Shown: positions 42,071 through 57,817, counted from the first letter of the stretch. The stretch is DNA of 64,000 bases from Octopus sinensis (GCF_006345805.1 NC_043008.1:40486001-40550000); one strand, 5' to 3'. Made by a program: numbers and translations. The notes: generated by a model from the letters alone, not told the origin.

Positions 42071-43904
42071 ATATATATGTGTGTGTGTTTGTGTGTATGT
42101 ATATATGCTTGTATGTATATAAATATATATGAGTATATACAAGAGTATCTATATGTGTTGGCAGAGGTTGATTAATGTACTGATGCCGATTCGTTTACAT
42201 ATATACGCTCCCACCATATTTGCTTTTTTTTATTTATTTATAGCCTAAATACTTTGTTTATATACAACTATCCCTCTGCCAATATACACACACAGATGTT
42301 TTTAAAAATACATACCTTTATCCATTTTTTTCTCTTTTCGTTGTCTCTATATGTGAACGTGTGCTAAGTCACAAGCATATAATACAAACGAATGAATACG
42401 TCTGTATGCATGCAAGTGTATCTCTACGTATATATGTACATATGTTTGTACGTATGTGTGTATGTATGTATTTAAGTATGTATATACAGAAGATAGCCAT
42501 CGCAGTGTTATAAATCAGATATCTTCCATTCATTTTCCCTCAATATATAGTTTTATATTTCAAATGATTGATGGTTTGTGTTGAAACTGACTAAAACAAA
42601 ACTTATGTATTTTTAAAGCAGTACACTGCATTTCTGTTTTTGTTTTAGTATTTTACTACAAGGAATTATTGCTGTGTTCGAATAGTGTAGTAAAAAGTAT
42701 TCTACAACCAAAGAAAATGTCACGGAAAATATATTATCTTATATATTTTTATGATATTTATAACTAACACAAATATAATTTCTGATTAATTGTATCGTTA
42801 CAAGGTTAATTAGAATTAAGATTTTTCAGGAATCATCCGAAATGTGCCAGAATGAGTTAGAAACACACTCACAGACGCATGCGCACACACTAACACACAT
42901 GCCCTCACACATAGTATTCATTAAGAAGAAGGGTATTGGGAGTGACTTCGCAGTTTTAGCTGTCTACGTCATCATCCAAAAGTCCGATGAGTAACCTTTC
43001 ATGTCAAAGAATACTAAATTTGTATTCTACAAGTTTAAGTATAGAATAATGTGCTCATTTATAGAGATGAGTGCACATATCAGTAAAAAATGATAATTAC
43101 TAACGTGTCTGAATGAACGAAAATGATTTAAATATGCCTACCTAAAAATTATAGATTAACCTTACATTTACTGGCATGTAATTATTACAAATATCATATA
43201 CTCAGAAAATCTTATCTCTGATGGAATACAAGAGATGAAGCAACTAAATGCCACAAAAGAAGGAAACAGTTGCATTTTGCACCCACAAAGAACTTTCTAT
43301 CGTAAACTAAAATCACAGCGTATATACGAGCAATATTTGTCTACTTATTTACCTAACAGATAATTAAAAATACTTCCGTGTGAATATCTTTATGCTTACT
43401 CATCTCAATCAATAAAAACCTGTTGAACTCTCTCCATCACATAATATACAAGCAGTCATAATTTTGCTTAAGAACAAATGAAATGTGCACCACGTAATTA
43501 ATTCTTAGAACTCTAATTTTTGTTACCTTATTGTTTTACAATAATACAATTATTATTTGAAATATCACTTGTATGAATAAAAAGGTATTACATTTGAATA
43601 TCAGAATAGCTTATTAGTAAGAGTGAACAACATTTTCTATGACATGTCAAACAGATATTTATATTCTATAATTATGCGGCATCATTCGTCCTTCCATTGT
43701 CGCTTTAATAAATTACGAGCTATATGTCCGAGTGGGGGCCCCCAACGATCTGTGCACTTGTGGCTATATTAACAATTATTGTGAATTATTTTGTGTCTGC
43801 AAACAGGCTTACGGTCATATTCCGTTGAAAGAATCGCCTCTCGTCCGATCATCGCCGTTAATCACGCTTGGGAAAGCTAGATGGAAGCACTAAAGAAAAT
43901 GCAA

Positions 43905-44290
43905 AGGCGCAACTGTGTGAAAGCGGCAGCGAAGCTGTGTTTAAGACGTTCGCTTCACAACCACATGGTTCATGCCTCAGTCCAATTGCTTGAAACATTG
44001 TGCAAGCGTCTTGTGCATGGATTTGATAGGCAGAAACTGAACGAAACACGTCGTATACGTACGCGTCTGTGCCTCATTGTGTCTGTTTTTGTTTCCCGTC
44101 AATGCTTGATAGCAGTTAATGGTGTATATATGAGCCTGTATCTTATCAGGTCATGCAAAATCTATAGAATAACCAATACGTTTCTAAAAAAGCTTTGCGG
44201 TCGACTCGTTGGACTAAAAGTTTTCAAGGCGGTACTCCAGCATGGATGCGGTGTGATGACCGACAAAATTAAAAGATTAAAGGTGCTGAT
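43905..44290 (+). mobile_element. Degraded SINE family O-like copy
   Basis: caaccacatggttc, ggatttgataggcagaaactga, ggcggtactccagcatgg. Confidence 0.8.
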
Positions 44291-45314
44291 GTCCTTGTAG
44301 ATATATCGGAGATGGTTGATTGCTATCATTATACTGGTTGAAAAAATATGTTTATTGTAGTTTAAAACTAGGAATTGTTTTATATTCCAAGTGATATACT
44401 AATACGTGGCGTAGATAAGAAAGGTCATATTTTGTGGACAGAATATACCTTATTTCCCGTTTACATCCATTGCAATAAATCTTCCTTTACAGGATCAGAG
44501 ATAATCGCCCTCAAGAAACCAAACATTGATCGTATCAACATAGATTGCAAGGAAACCAAAACTCAGTGCAAAAATTATTCTCAACTCGCAAACACGATTC
44601 TCAAAATAACAAAAAAAATACATGAAATTTTGCCAGTAAATATTTTAGTAATATGATCCCTAGAATGGAATTAATAAAGCATGATGTTTAATGCAAATGC
44701 CATTACAGCCAATATTGACACTTCAAATTTCGTTGCATTCGCTGCAATGTAGTAATGGGGAAGCATAATATATCACGACCATTAAATATGTATTGAGAAT
44801 AATGGGGGGTAGCAAATTTTACAAACCTTGTGAAAAGGATTCCCCCCCCCCCCAAAATAACAGAACTTGAACGAAAAGCGAGTATATGGTTCAAAGCAAT
44901 CCCTTTCTTTAAGATTGTGTGATGTTAAAAGGATTTCTAATAGAAATGAATATCTCAATTAACAATTTAATCATACGAACAGTGATTAGAAAAACACCAC
45001 GTAGAGATTTCTGAAGATGTAGAGATACAGAGCTGTTGCGCACTCATATGCAGTTTTAAAGAGAAAGCTATTAAATTTTGCATATCATGGCTGACGATGC
45101 ATTGAGCTATAATATATTATCTAGACTTTAGTACGGATGGGGAATTGCCATATCTCAATAGTCTAAAATATATATGTGATTGCAACAAGCCCGAAAAGAA
45201 TGTCTTCTCCAGTTTCGGTACACAATGTGGTGTCCTGTATTGCCTAATGTTCCGCTGCAATATTTTCACAATGCAGCATTTATTATTCAAATTGGAAATT
45301 GTGTTTCTACGCTT

Positions 45315-45690
45315 CAGTTTCTTAATGTACGCGGCTCAGTGTCTAGAGTGTCGAGCTCACAATTATGACGAGGTGAGTTTGATTCCCGGACAGGAATGTA
45401 TGTTTTATTCTTGTGTGAGGCACTTAATTTCATCTTTGCTCCAGTTCACTCAGCTGTAGAAATGATTTGCGACGTCATTGATGCCAAGTGGTATCAGCCA
45501 TTACTTTTCCCTTGGATTACATCAGTGGCGTGGAGAGGGGAACCTCGTATGCACAGGCAACTGCTTGCCTTCCATAAACAACCTTCCAGGATTTGTGCCT
45601 TACAGGGAAACTTTCAAGGACACAATCCCATGGTTATTCATGGCCGAAGTGGATCTTTACCCTTTAACCTTCTTTAACCTTCTTTAGGTT
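45315..45690 (+). mobile_element. tRNA-headed SINE with a (ctttaacct)-like tail
   Basis: gcggctcagtgtctagagtg A-box, gagtttgattccc B-box, tgtgaggcacttaatttcatctttgctccagttcactcagctg central motif. Confidence 0.72.
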
Positions 45691-46054
45691 AAAGAAGGTT
45701 CTGATAGGTTAACCTTCTTTAACCTATCATTACCCCAAATCTCACAATTTACTCCGCGAAAATCCTCCAGCGTTTCTTGTCTGAAATTTGTCCGTGACAT
45801 TATCACTGTCCCCTAGATATTATCAACGTATACAAATATAATAAATGTAACAGTAACAGACAATGTTGAGTTTAATTACATAACTCCGATAACTCCGGGG
45901 CGAATATCATCACTTTCGAACCAACTAGATAGTTTGTTTATCTACATCTTTGTGACTTTGTGATGCGGTTATAATACTTTCGATCATTGTAATATATTTC
46001 AATCAACACTCCCGTATACATAAATGTGTGTATATATATATACTGAAAGAATAT

Positions 46055-46165
46055 GTACTAAACTTACAAAGAATAAGTCCTGGGGTCGATTTGCTCGACT
46101 AAAGGCGGTGCTCCAGTATGGCCACAGTCAAATGACTAAAACAAGTAAAAGAGTAAAAGAGAGTA
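46055..46165 (+). mobile_element. SINE family O, 3' fragment
   Basis: cttacaaagaataagtcctggggtcgatttgctcgactaaaggcggtgctccag. Confidence 0.9.
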
Positions 46166-47002
46166 AATGAGTAAGAGCAAATCTAAAGAGATAGTTGAAG
46201 AATTTATTTAATCCAAAATGGTGCGCCATGATATTAGTCCCACATATGAATCAACCACCAAAGTCCAATATTCTTGGAGCCGTGCAATAAATCAGACAAC
46301 AGTTCGGAGCGTTATAAATTGTCCAGCTTGGAATAACTTCTATATATTATTGCCAAACTTCGAAATATCCTGCGATTACTAGTACAATGAATATGCCACA
46401 CAATTTCTGAAACACAAAAATACGGAAGAGTTAATCCAAATTTTGTGATAGTTCGTAACTTTTAGTATAGATACAATGAAAAATGCTTGGGAAAAGATAA
46501 AAGAGAACGTCACACAATTTGAGTAAACCAAACAAAGAACAAAATCTGAAATAAAGTAAATCAATTTCTGAATAAATTATACAAGATCTACAGTACAATA
46601 AAATTGGGGACAGAATGACAAAGAAATTTCTTTATGATTATCTAAATTTATGTAGTACTTTTTCTGAGAATTCCTATGTTCTATTTATTCTTCAATATAT
46701 TCCTAAATATATTCAGTAAATCTGATTAGTAGCTACAGAAATGAAACTAAAAGGAAATATAAATACAACTTCAGGAAATGGCGCCTTGTGGAATTTATTA
46801 CATTCTGTTTCGTGATAAGCGTGTGAGAGTTTACGGGCATTTATTGAGGTGCCTCAGTTAAAGGTCTCCATGTGTTATGTATTACACACGGTAAACCATA
46901 ATACATACCTTAATATAAAACAGCGATGTCGGTCTGTTGGCTACGGCTAATAGAAATATCTCATTATCATTGTCATACATTATTCAACGTGGAAGACGAC
47001 GT

Positions 47003-47075
<73 letters not shown>

Positions 47076-47156
47076 TTATAGAGAGAGAGAGAGAAAGAGA
47101 ACAGAGAGAGAGAGGGAGATGGATGTGTGCAAGGATGCATGAATGGGTAGATAGAC

Positions 47157-47188
<32 letters not shown>

Positions 47189-49489
47189 GTGTGTACACGC
47201 ATATATATATACATATATACTTATAACTTACATATAACTTAAATTTCAAGGTACCATACGATTTTACAAACAAATATGAATAAATAACATCGGCGTAGAT
47301 TTGCAGCAGGTTCTCTGCACTTCCTTCAGCATATACGTATATCATTTTTTTATAACTTAACGCATAGCCAAATCCCCTCATGTTTCTTGAAATAATTTAC
47401 ACCCTTATTCATGATATTGTTTTCCTTATAAACAAATGAGAAGACCAAATCTACATACTATGTAATTGCTGCTCGATGACAGTATAGGAAGTAAACAAAC
47501 TTGGATTTATTTCATAGAACACATTTGAAATTCATGAAGTATGCATCTGATTAGACTTTAATCATGAAAATAAATTTATGCAATTTTAAACAATGCAACT
47601 TTAAAAACGGTAGATATCTTTATGGATGAGGCTTATGAGGCTTATAAACAATATTCCATAGAATATTGTACAGATTTTCTTTCAATATATCAGTGTCATT
47701 CCTTGCCATATTTTGTTTTAAAATCGAAATATTAATCCTGATATGTAATTTGATAATCCATTGTCTATCTTTAATTATCCAACCAAACGCAAGATTCCGA
47801 GGTTAAACGGACAGAGTGTTTGGTGTGCTTATATAAATGAAGTAATTTGATATTTAAAATTCCGAATACCTCCAGTGAAAACACTTATAATCACTTCAAG
47901 CATTTCCAACACTGACTTATTGTAATATGTTACCCAACTTTATGTGCTACTAACATTTAGAGTTTCGTGAAGAGAGTTCTTTTAATATAGCCTGGTTTGC
48001 TGTAAAATGCAGAACTGGGCTATTTGTTACTAGTCCTGTAATATAATGTAGCGGTGTTGTCTGTTGAATATGCGTAGCAGAAATATCTCATTTATATTAC
48101 GTCATTCATGATTAAAATAGTAAATATTTTAATTGGACACACGGCGATCTTCTGTATCACTGTATAAGTGCATATACTAGAATCTTATGTAAACATTTTT
48201 TAGCAACAACAGTTAGAGAGTTAAATAATCTGTTTCTGAGTGATATTTTATTTTAGATAGAAATACCAGCATGACTATCAGGTATTGCTCGAGGCTTACT
48301 ATTACCAAAAATAACTAGTTTCGCTTAATTTTCTCCATTTTTTGATAATTAGTTGAAAATATGCTGACAATATTTAGCCGCTTCGAAAAAGTTGGCGCAG
48401 TCAGACTTGTTGCAACGAAACATATCTGAAGAACGTTAAAATTGCGTTGCAAATAAACAAATAAAATGCTTACCAAATAAACAAAATTTATATATAAGAA
48501 AATAACATTTTAAACTCAATATTTTTCAATATTTTCTTAGATGTGTTTTTTTTCCTAATGAGGTGCTAATTTGTATAATTACTATAAATATTTTTTAGTC
48601 AGCACACTTGCCAACTATCGTTTGGCAGTATCGTGGGTACAGATTATTCTTGCTATTTTTATATTTTCTAAATGAGAAAACCTTATAGAGACTATAATAT
48701 ACACCGTAGAACACATACAGTTAAAGCGGTTTATGAAATACAAGCATACATGCAACCATATTTCCTTAAGAAATACGTTGAAATTTACTGCGTATTCAAT
48801 AACAATTATATTTGATATAATTATAGTTAAAACTAAAATATGTTGTCTGACAGTAGATTAATATTTTTACATTTGCTGTACTATGTTCTGAATTCTAATT
48901 TTATGCATATTACAATGTATTACCATACAGACGTTCATATATGTTTCCGACACGATTATAATCTTACGAATATCTTTTCGACATCAGACTATTTATAATC
49001 AGCATAATTTAGGATATGGGTAAACCATTTCAAATACGTAGCGACGAGTAAAAGTTACAGAATATTTATTCGATTCTAATGAGAGGACGATACAAAAATG
49101 TATCATTCAGTAGATGTGGACAATAAAATCTTACGAGAGAGAAATGAACACATATATAATACAGAAGTATCGAAATAGCAAAATAAGGCACGTGCAATCT
49201 GAGTAAGATAACTAGAGTCGATAACACACAAGAGACATTTTTTTTATTTCTCTTTCATAAATACACACTTTTAATGTCAACACTTTTGTTTAGCAAAATC
49301 ACTTCTTATATTCAAACATCTTTGTAAATAGAATAAAATATATACCATCATACAATTATGATACACACTTTTTCTCTGTCCCTAAACGCTCACGCGCACC
49401 TCACATTCACCACAAACGCGCACCCACACACTCCACAAACGCCCGCGTGCACACGCTTATATATATATATATATCTATATATATATATA

Positions 49490-49495
49490 TAATAC

Positions 49496-49527
<32 letters not shown>

Positions 49528-49602
49528 ATATATATATACACACATATGTATGTGTGTGGACATGCATACACACTGACACCCACACACATGCACACACGCA
49601 CG

Positions 49603-49660
<58 letters not shown>

Positions 49661-49750
49661 ATATATATATACACACATATGTATGTGTGTGGACATGCAT
49701 ACACACTGACACCCACACACATGCACACACGCACGTATATATATATATAT
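49490..49750. repeat. Tandem duplication of a compound microsatellite, period ~133 bp
   Basis: ggacatgcatacacactgacacccacacacatgcacacacgcacg at 49558 and 49691. Confidence 0.9.
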
Positions 49751-50254
49751 CCATTTATGCATATGTGTCTGTGTATGACTAGATATTCCAACGTAGCATA
49801 TAATAAAGAAAAATTACTGCTGAAACAGCATATGTTGTTTTCAATGGAAACCGTAAAATCTTAATTATTCGTAATTAAATTAATGGGTTTATTGTCGGCA
49901 TACATATATAATTGAGTTCAAGCAAATTCCTTTGATGTGAAAGCAACATATAAAGTTGTATTCAAAAACGAAATAACAGGCTGGTGCATTACCACGATCA
50001 AAAACGAAGCATGTTTGAATCCATCAACAGGGTATGCCGTCTTCTCGATCTTATGAGATTAGCGCACAATAAATTTACCCATCATTCACAAATGAATTTC
50101 AACACGCGTACATATATACTTGTGCAAATAAATACATACATATGTATATTATATATATATATATAATATATTATATATATATTATAATATATATATATAT
50201 ATATTATATATATATATATAATATATATATATAATACATATATATATATATATA

Positions 50255-50461
50255 ATCGATCCAAACATGAAAACACAAAGAGAAAACACAACAACGCGAG
50301 GACGTGGAACAAGTATAGTGTTATTGGATGCTCAGGAAAGTAAAGAAAGAAGAAGTATTTAACGATTCGAGCGGAGCTCTTTGTCATAAAAATAGGAAAA
50401 GGAAAAATCCAAGCAAGGGAAGACGGAGGAGGAAAATCGCCAACGATACACATGCAGTCAC
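50255..50461 (-). mobile_element. Family H copy 2 (HHR core mutated)
   Basis: Minus-strand core at 50358-50390 reads ttttatgacaaagagctccgctcgaatcgttaaa. Confidence 0.85.
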
Positions 50462-50539
50462 ACGCACACACACACACACATATATATATATAGAGAGAGA
50501 GATTGATAGATAGATAGATAGATAGATATATAGATAGAG

Positions 50540-50580
<41 letters not shown>

Positions 50581-51922
50581 TCGATAGATAGATAGATAGA
50601 TAGATAGATACATATATAGAGATAGAGAGAAAGAGACAGTGAGTTAGATGCTTGTTTATGTATGTGTGAGTGTGTGGCTGTATGAGTTTCCAATCTGATT
50701 ATAAGTATAATTATACATAAATATATTAAATAGCATTTCACATATTTAAATCGGATTTAAAAAAGCTGTGTCAGCAAATAATGTGACAGATATCATAACA
50801 AGTTTGAATACGGAATTTGATACCAACATTTCTATGATTCAAGATCGATGAAATATGTACCTCTAAAATCAGTCTACTTCAACGGATTGTATCATACTCT
50901 TTAAAAATATAATGTGCTTAGTCTAGTAAATCATTATTGATGGATGGGTGAAAAAATAGATATTTCGTTGCCATACAATAGTTTCATCTAGTATCTGATA
51001 TTCTTACAATAAAAGAACGACAGAATTATTGTATTAGAGTAATTCCTGCTTTCATACCAATGCCTATATGTACTAGCGTATGTAAGTAAATATATATATA
51101 TATATATATATATATACCCATATACAATTTTTATGTACGCATGCAATATTTATTTATTATCCGTATATCTATGAATATATATATATATGTGTGAGTGTGT
51201 GTGTGTGTTTGAGTGTTTGTACGTACGCATGTATGATATGTATATATGTGTGAATGTTTTTCAGTAATTTTCTCTTTGTATCTTCCCTGTTATCATTTTT
51301 CCTTTTCTTTGTTTCCTATTGTTCTATTGTATGCTATTTATCGTCTAAAAAAAGTACATTATTACAGATATATTCTGAAATGATCTTCAGATTTTTTTTT
51401 TCTCTACAGCCTTGCGAACTTTCATAATCTTTTCACATGACAAAAGAACAATCTTAGAATAATCTTAGAACTAGCTATAAAATGAATTAAGCAACCATAA
51501 AAGTGACATCGGCTTTGGCATTCAAAACAACCGTTGTCTAGTTGCCTTGTTGTTATATGACCTGAATAAATAGAAAGAGATTGTATTTTCAATATTTATT
51601 GTTATATTTGAATTGTTCGAGACGTATGAGTTCTGATGCTGCCATGAATATGGACTTCACAAGTACAATTTTACAATGGAAAATTATAACAAGAAAAAAA
51701 AACGAAAAAATAATCAATGGGTTAATAATGAAGATCTAACAGCATAGACAACACAAAGAAGAAGAAAAAAGGAAGACAGAAGAAATTATACATAATAAAA
51801 TGCTCAATAATAAAACCACCGACAACAAAACTAATGTCTGTTACTAATACTATTCTTCTTATTATTATTATTAAGAATAATAATACTACGCCTAATAAGA
51901 ATAATGATAAAAATGACAATGA

Positions 51923-51974
<52 letters not shown>

Positions 51975-52142
51975 GTAACAATAACAATAATAATAATAGT
52001 AAATATGCATGAGAAAGATAAATATAATCAACAAAATCATCATACAGAAAACAATAATTAAATATAGCTGCAGAACGATAAAAAAATGACTAATAAATAA
52101 TCTATACCTTAGATAATGTACTTATAGCACATGCACAGGCAA

Positions 52143-52231
<89 letters not shown>

Positions 52232-52544
52232 TGTATATACATATACATATATATATATATATACACACACACATATATATATATATATGCATGTATATAC
52301 ATATACATATATATATATATATTATATATATATATATTATATATATACACATATATTTATACACATATTTACACATTTAACTGAAAATGTATGCGAATGC
52401 TTTACCAATGTCTAACATCTATTTATGTACTCCGGCCTATACATGACTATATGACGCCGATAATGATGATAGTAAATAATAATAATAAAAGTATTAGTAG
52501 TAGTGGCAGTAGTGATAGTAGCAGTAGAATTAGTAGTAGTAGGG

Positions 52545-52555
52545 GCAGCAGCAGC

Positions 52556-52626
<71 letters not shown>

Positions 52627-52716
52627 CATTAATATTATTCTAAACAATAATGTTATTGCTACTACTACTACTACCAATACTACTACTACTACTACTACTA
52701 CTACTGCTGCTGCTGC
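52545..52716. repeat. Fold-back compound microsatellite (GCA)4(GTA)n...(TAC)n(TGC)4
   Basis: Centre agcattaatattatt-ctaaac-aataatgttattgct. Confidence 0.85.
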
Positions 52717-52778
52717 TAATAATAATAATAATAATAATAAAATAATAATAATAATAATAGTAATAATAATAATAATAG

Positions 52779-52809
<31 letters not shown>

Positions 52810-52916
52810 CATAATACTGTCCTTCATATCATTGTCATCCTTATTATTAGTATCAGCAGCAGTAGTAGTAGTGCCAACTCCATTATTATTATTATTATAT
52901 TATTATTATTATTATT

Positions 52917-53466
52917 GAGTGAGATAACAGCTTATGCCATAAAGGTCACACTGATGTACAAATATACGAAGCCCAGTATACCTATCATAACTACCAGTCT
53001 GATAAGGTTACTCCAGGAACATGCATCACAACCATATGTGCACGACATGATGATCTTATATCAAGATAAACAGCACATGACCTTACTGGTGGGTCCCAAT
53101 TAGTATTTTCTTCAGGTGGAGTAGCACATCCCACTAAAAAGATCCCAGAATAAGGGTTGTTTAAGGAAGATGAACGACACTCATGATTCCAAATATGAAT
53201 TATTCAAGCCCCGAAGAATTCCTCTCAGCAAATGATCATGATGCTCCCCCATTACTGCTGTTACTGATCAGAGATGCACATATTGTTAGCCACCAATGAA
53301 CCTGCTCAACTGATTAAGGACAAACAACTGACAAGCAAATCCTTGTTACTGAGCAGGATATTTGTTCTAGTTCAACTTTTATACCAAGACAAAACATATA
53401 AATAACACTTCCTATCAGTTAACATGAGAAGCCATATGAGCCACTGCTTTGTACTGCACTGGGGCA
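52917..53466. mobile_element. ~550-bp element flanked by (TTA)n on both sides (family T, copy 1)
   Basis: Aligns end to end with 58088-58638. Confidence 0.9.
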
Positions 53467-53505
53467 TTTATTATTATTATTATTATTTTTATTATTATTA
53501 TATTA

Positions 53506-53566
<61 letters not shown>

Positions 53567-54019
53567 GAGTGAGAGAGCATCACGTCATAAAAGTGTACCA
53601 GAATAAAACCAGTGTTTAGAAATATAAAGGCAATCACATGCTCACTACACCACAGCCAACAACACCAGGGTTCTCTCCAAAACCAGAAACACTGACTGAA
53701 TTTACAAAATCTACGACAAACGAAGCACATTCAAATCAAGATGCAGAAACCCAACACAATGAATTGTTAATTACACGGACATAATCTCAATTATCAAAGA
53801 CTTCTTGAAACATATATTTATCAGTACACAAAAAAACACTAATAATGAATAGGTCACACAACGATAAAACAGTTTCTACACGTATAAAACTGTTTAAAGA
53901 AATGTTTCTGGAGGCCGCCACAAATTTCCAGAAGGACGGGCTACTTGTTTCTTCTCGGATATTGGTGTGTATTTCCACTCCCTTCTGCCTTTGTCAAACG
54001 CAGAACTGAGAGTGTAAAG

Positions 54020-54290
54020 ATAGGGGTTTGGGTAAGATGGGAATTAGAGCCACTTGCCTAATGGGCACAGTTCACTAAATATAGATGTGTTGTATATCAG
54101 TGAGAACAAAATTTTCGAGGTACAACAATTCGTGTTCAACTTCGGCATCTACAAGTTGTACCAATTTCTAAGTCTGCCAGTAGTGGATGTCGGCGTACGT
54201 ATGTTGTTTCCAAAAGGGCTGGATTTTGCAATTCCAAACAGTCTATTAGTCCCAGAAGGTGTATTATGAGAGCTTGACGTAACCTGCAGA
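54020..54290 (+). mobile_element. Possible APE endonuclease remnant of a LINE
   Basis: LNIDVLYISENK...GVRMLF resembles APE motif I (DILxISE) and the GV motif. Confidence 0.45.
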
Positions 54291-54747
54291 ATAAGGCATG
54301 ATTTCAGACTAATAGCCATTGAATGCCTCAATCCATGTAGAGTGATCTAATTTCTACCCACCTGCCTAGAGGCCTATATGATGTTAGTTGGCGATTGGGA
54401 TGGAATGTCCGACGTAGGCTTGGATGGCTAACTGATAGAAGATATGGTACAGAAGCCTTAGAAACGTCCTGAGACGTTCCCAACAGTCCAACACGTATAG
54501 GCAAATCCCTTTTCACCTCATATACATAGTAAAATGTGCGTGAGTATTCATACATTATCTGCATACACACACACACCACTCACATATACACACAGATACA
54601 CACAAATACACACACACGAAGACACACACACAGACACACATACAGACACGAGCACACACGCACACACACATATATTCTCATGAAGACGCATAAGCAAAAT
54701 GTGCCGTGCCACAATGTAGACTTTACTGCATATACATGTATTTATAT

Positions 54748-54819
<72 letters not shown>

Positions 54820-55199
54820 ACTTGTATATATATATATATATACAGATATATATCTATATATACGTGTATGTATACATACATATATATGCAGTAAAATCTA
54901 CAGTGTCACATGAAACGTTCTTCATTTGTTTACACGAGAATAGTAATCAGTTCCACAAGCAATTACTGCATTCTATGCAACGTAACTAATCTTCATAAAG
55001 CTATGGTGTAGATCCCAATCTTAATAGACGAACGCTATTTTCCTCGATTATTATTATTATGTGCGTATGCTAACTCCCACGCAGATAAGATATCACAACC
55101 GTATGATTGCACGTTGAAACCCGGTTTATGGCTCACACTTAGAGTCTGCTAAGCAAGTAGACGAAACAATATGCACATTATATCTTCAGATTTATTACT

Positions 55200-56900
55200 T
55201 AAATCGTGATGGTAAATTTGTGGAAAGCTTTGAAATGCTAGAAGAACTACTAAGAGGACTAGATTAGTGGATTAATGGGCTTCTGATATATGCCCTCAAA
55301 TTCTCCAATAACAGTCAGCCCGAAGCAGACTCAAGAATCTCTACTTGAGCTCATGAAATCGATGCTCGTATGTCAAACAGTACGTTTACCAGCTATGAAC
55401 AGTTGCTGATCACTCTTTCAACACTACAATGGATCTTATCGACAACGTGTAGTAATCGCCGAATGATTTCACAGACCATAACATGATAGTACTAATAACG
55501 TATCGTGCAAAACTAATTAAAATTGCATTCCACTGAGGTATCACTCAAATCCTATGAAGTAGGAATTTCTACAAAACTGACTGAAAGTTAATTGAGAAAG
55601 AGAGCTCGGAGCAAATTTGGATAAATGTCATTGAATGCAAGACAATGATAAGAAACTAAATGAATTTATATAAATAATGTAAGCCATATGCATTAAATTT
55701 GTCTCAGAGATCAGAGCCATTCCACACAAAAACCATTACACACCAAATCATGACAGACCTTATGATATGGAGAATAATGTTCACAAATAGCTTAAATAAG
55801 CAACAAATGCCAGTGGAAAATCCAACCTCAAAAATTTACTTCTAGAACTCGAAAATAAAATCACATGAAAAATGGGAGACAGAAAAAATATGTCGGTTGA
55901 AGGTATTGAAATAGAACAATGCCTAGATCTTCTACGGAATTGCAATATGATCTCTGTCAATAGGCTACAAAGAATACTAACACTGAACGCAGAGAGCAAG
56001 AAACTAAGTGAAATACTAAATAACAATTCCAAAGTGTTTTTACTACACCAGTGGCATTCACAGACAGTTCTGAAGAGTTCATCTACACATCAGATACACA
56101 AAAGAAGCTGGTATCTATTATCTTAATCGATGGGAAAAGATGAAATATCGTCCATTGATGAGAGGAACACAAACCCAACATTAGATCCAGAGGGATTCCC
56201 GGCTATTCGTTTAAAGAAATGCAGGTATCAAATGTGAAATGTTAACAGAAAGTATAATATTCTCCATTAAAAAAGAACCGCAGATGCTAAAATGTACAGG
56301 ACTATGCTTGTAACTTTATCTGCCAGCAAAGTCATGGACCGCATTCTCTGAATGAACACGGTCACGTTCCTAAAAGAAAATAACATGTCCACAAACACGA
56401 AATATGAATTCTGTTAAAGGAGGGGCTGCCTCTCCGACTATTAAAAATATTACCGGATATTGAAACAATAATTCAGTAACTCAAATGTTGATGCAACAAA
56501 ATTCGATCTTGACATTGTTACCGACTTCAAAATTGAAAAGTAAATGCTTGGCATTTTAAAAAAGTAGCAGTTAGACAGTTGCATCCAGTATTACAAATCT
56601 TTGAAACGATATCAAACTTTACCATCGGTCACCACCAGCAGTCGGAATACACAGGATCACCGGGTATCGCATTCTGAGAGATAAAGCCTATTCGTGACCT
56701 GGAAATCCACATAAGAAACGATGCATCGTTGCATGTACATGATACCAAATGGCGATTGATTAGTTGGTTTCTTAGATTTATCAGAACGAAGAAAAAATAC
56801 AATGACGCTCGCACGGAGGGCAAATGTTTTCTATGGTCACGTTCTCTATGGTTTTCTAGATAAAGCCTGAGTGTACGGAGCACATGTTCATGAATACCTT
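55200..56900 (+). mobile_element. Heavily degraded CR1-like LINE (RT region)
   Basis: KLSEILNN..KVFTTP, KVMDRIL, TFLKENNM, RRGCLS and later RT/C-terminal-like words in broken frames. Confidence 0.65.
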
Positions 56901-57616
56901 CTGTTAAAAAGCCTTTCAGTAAAACTAGTGAACGCTCTCAGTTTGAACAGGTTTGCGATGATGTCTCTTATGTTATACGCAGATACATGCAAACACATAC
57001 GAACACTCACTCATGCACAGGCAAACACTCACACATACACATATATATGTACACACATGCATAAATATTTATAAATTGAAAACGAAGTAAACATGTGGAT
57101 ATGTTAAGCCCAGGAAGAACACTTAGGCACAGGTATTATACTGGTAGATTGACAATGGAATAAACGGCATATGAATACCTATCATATAATATAACATATA
57201 TAATGAGGAGAATTGATATCAGCATTATCAAATATACCGATTTTCTATTCTTTTATAGAATCAGTTGAGAATTTCGGGAGATTTAATTACTAAATTAAAT
57301 TCGGTTAAATTTTACTCATATTCTACACAGATGCCTGGTTAATTGTATAATGTACCGTTTGTTAAAAGTTATGTAGTTCGTTATATTAAAGTAGCTGTAT
57401 CTACAATTGATTGGCAGCAAACATAGGAGTCATGACACAATGAAGAATTGCATTGTTAAGAGAAAGGTCTACATCTTATGCATAAAGAGGCCATCGATAA
57501 TGTTATACGTGGTGTACCTTTAATAAGAATACAAGTTATAAACTATACAATACTATAATAATTATTCATGTGGTTATTAAAATTCGCTGGTAAGTCAAGT
57601 AAAACTATTTATTTAT

Positions 57617-57645
57617 TCTAATAGTAATTATTATTATCGTTATTA

Positions 57646-57692
<47 letters not shown>

Positions 57693-57784
57693 AATAATAA
57701 AATAATAAAATAATAATAATAATAATGATAATAATAATAATAATAATAATATAATAATAATATAATATAATAATAATAATAATG

Positions 57785-57817
<33 letters not shown>

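Noticed and set aside
44375-44656. 93-aa ORF with an internal tttacag acceptor
   Set aside because: No recognisable domain and a weak donor; expected by chance.
47950-48087. Minus-strand frame with TTPLHY...AILKEL, ankyrin-like
   Set aside because: One short motif, wrong spacing, closed by a stop, no splice support.
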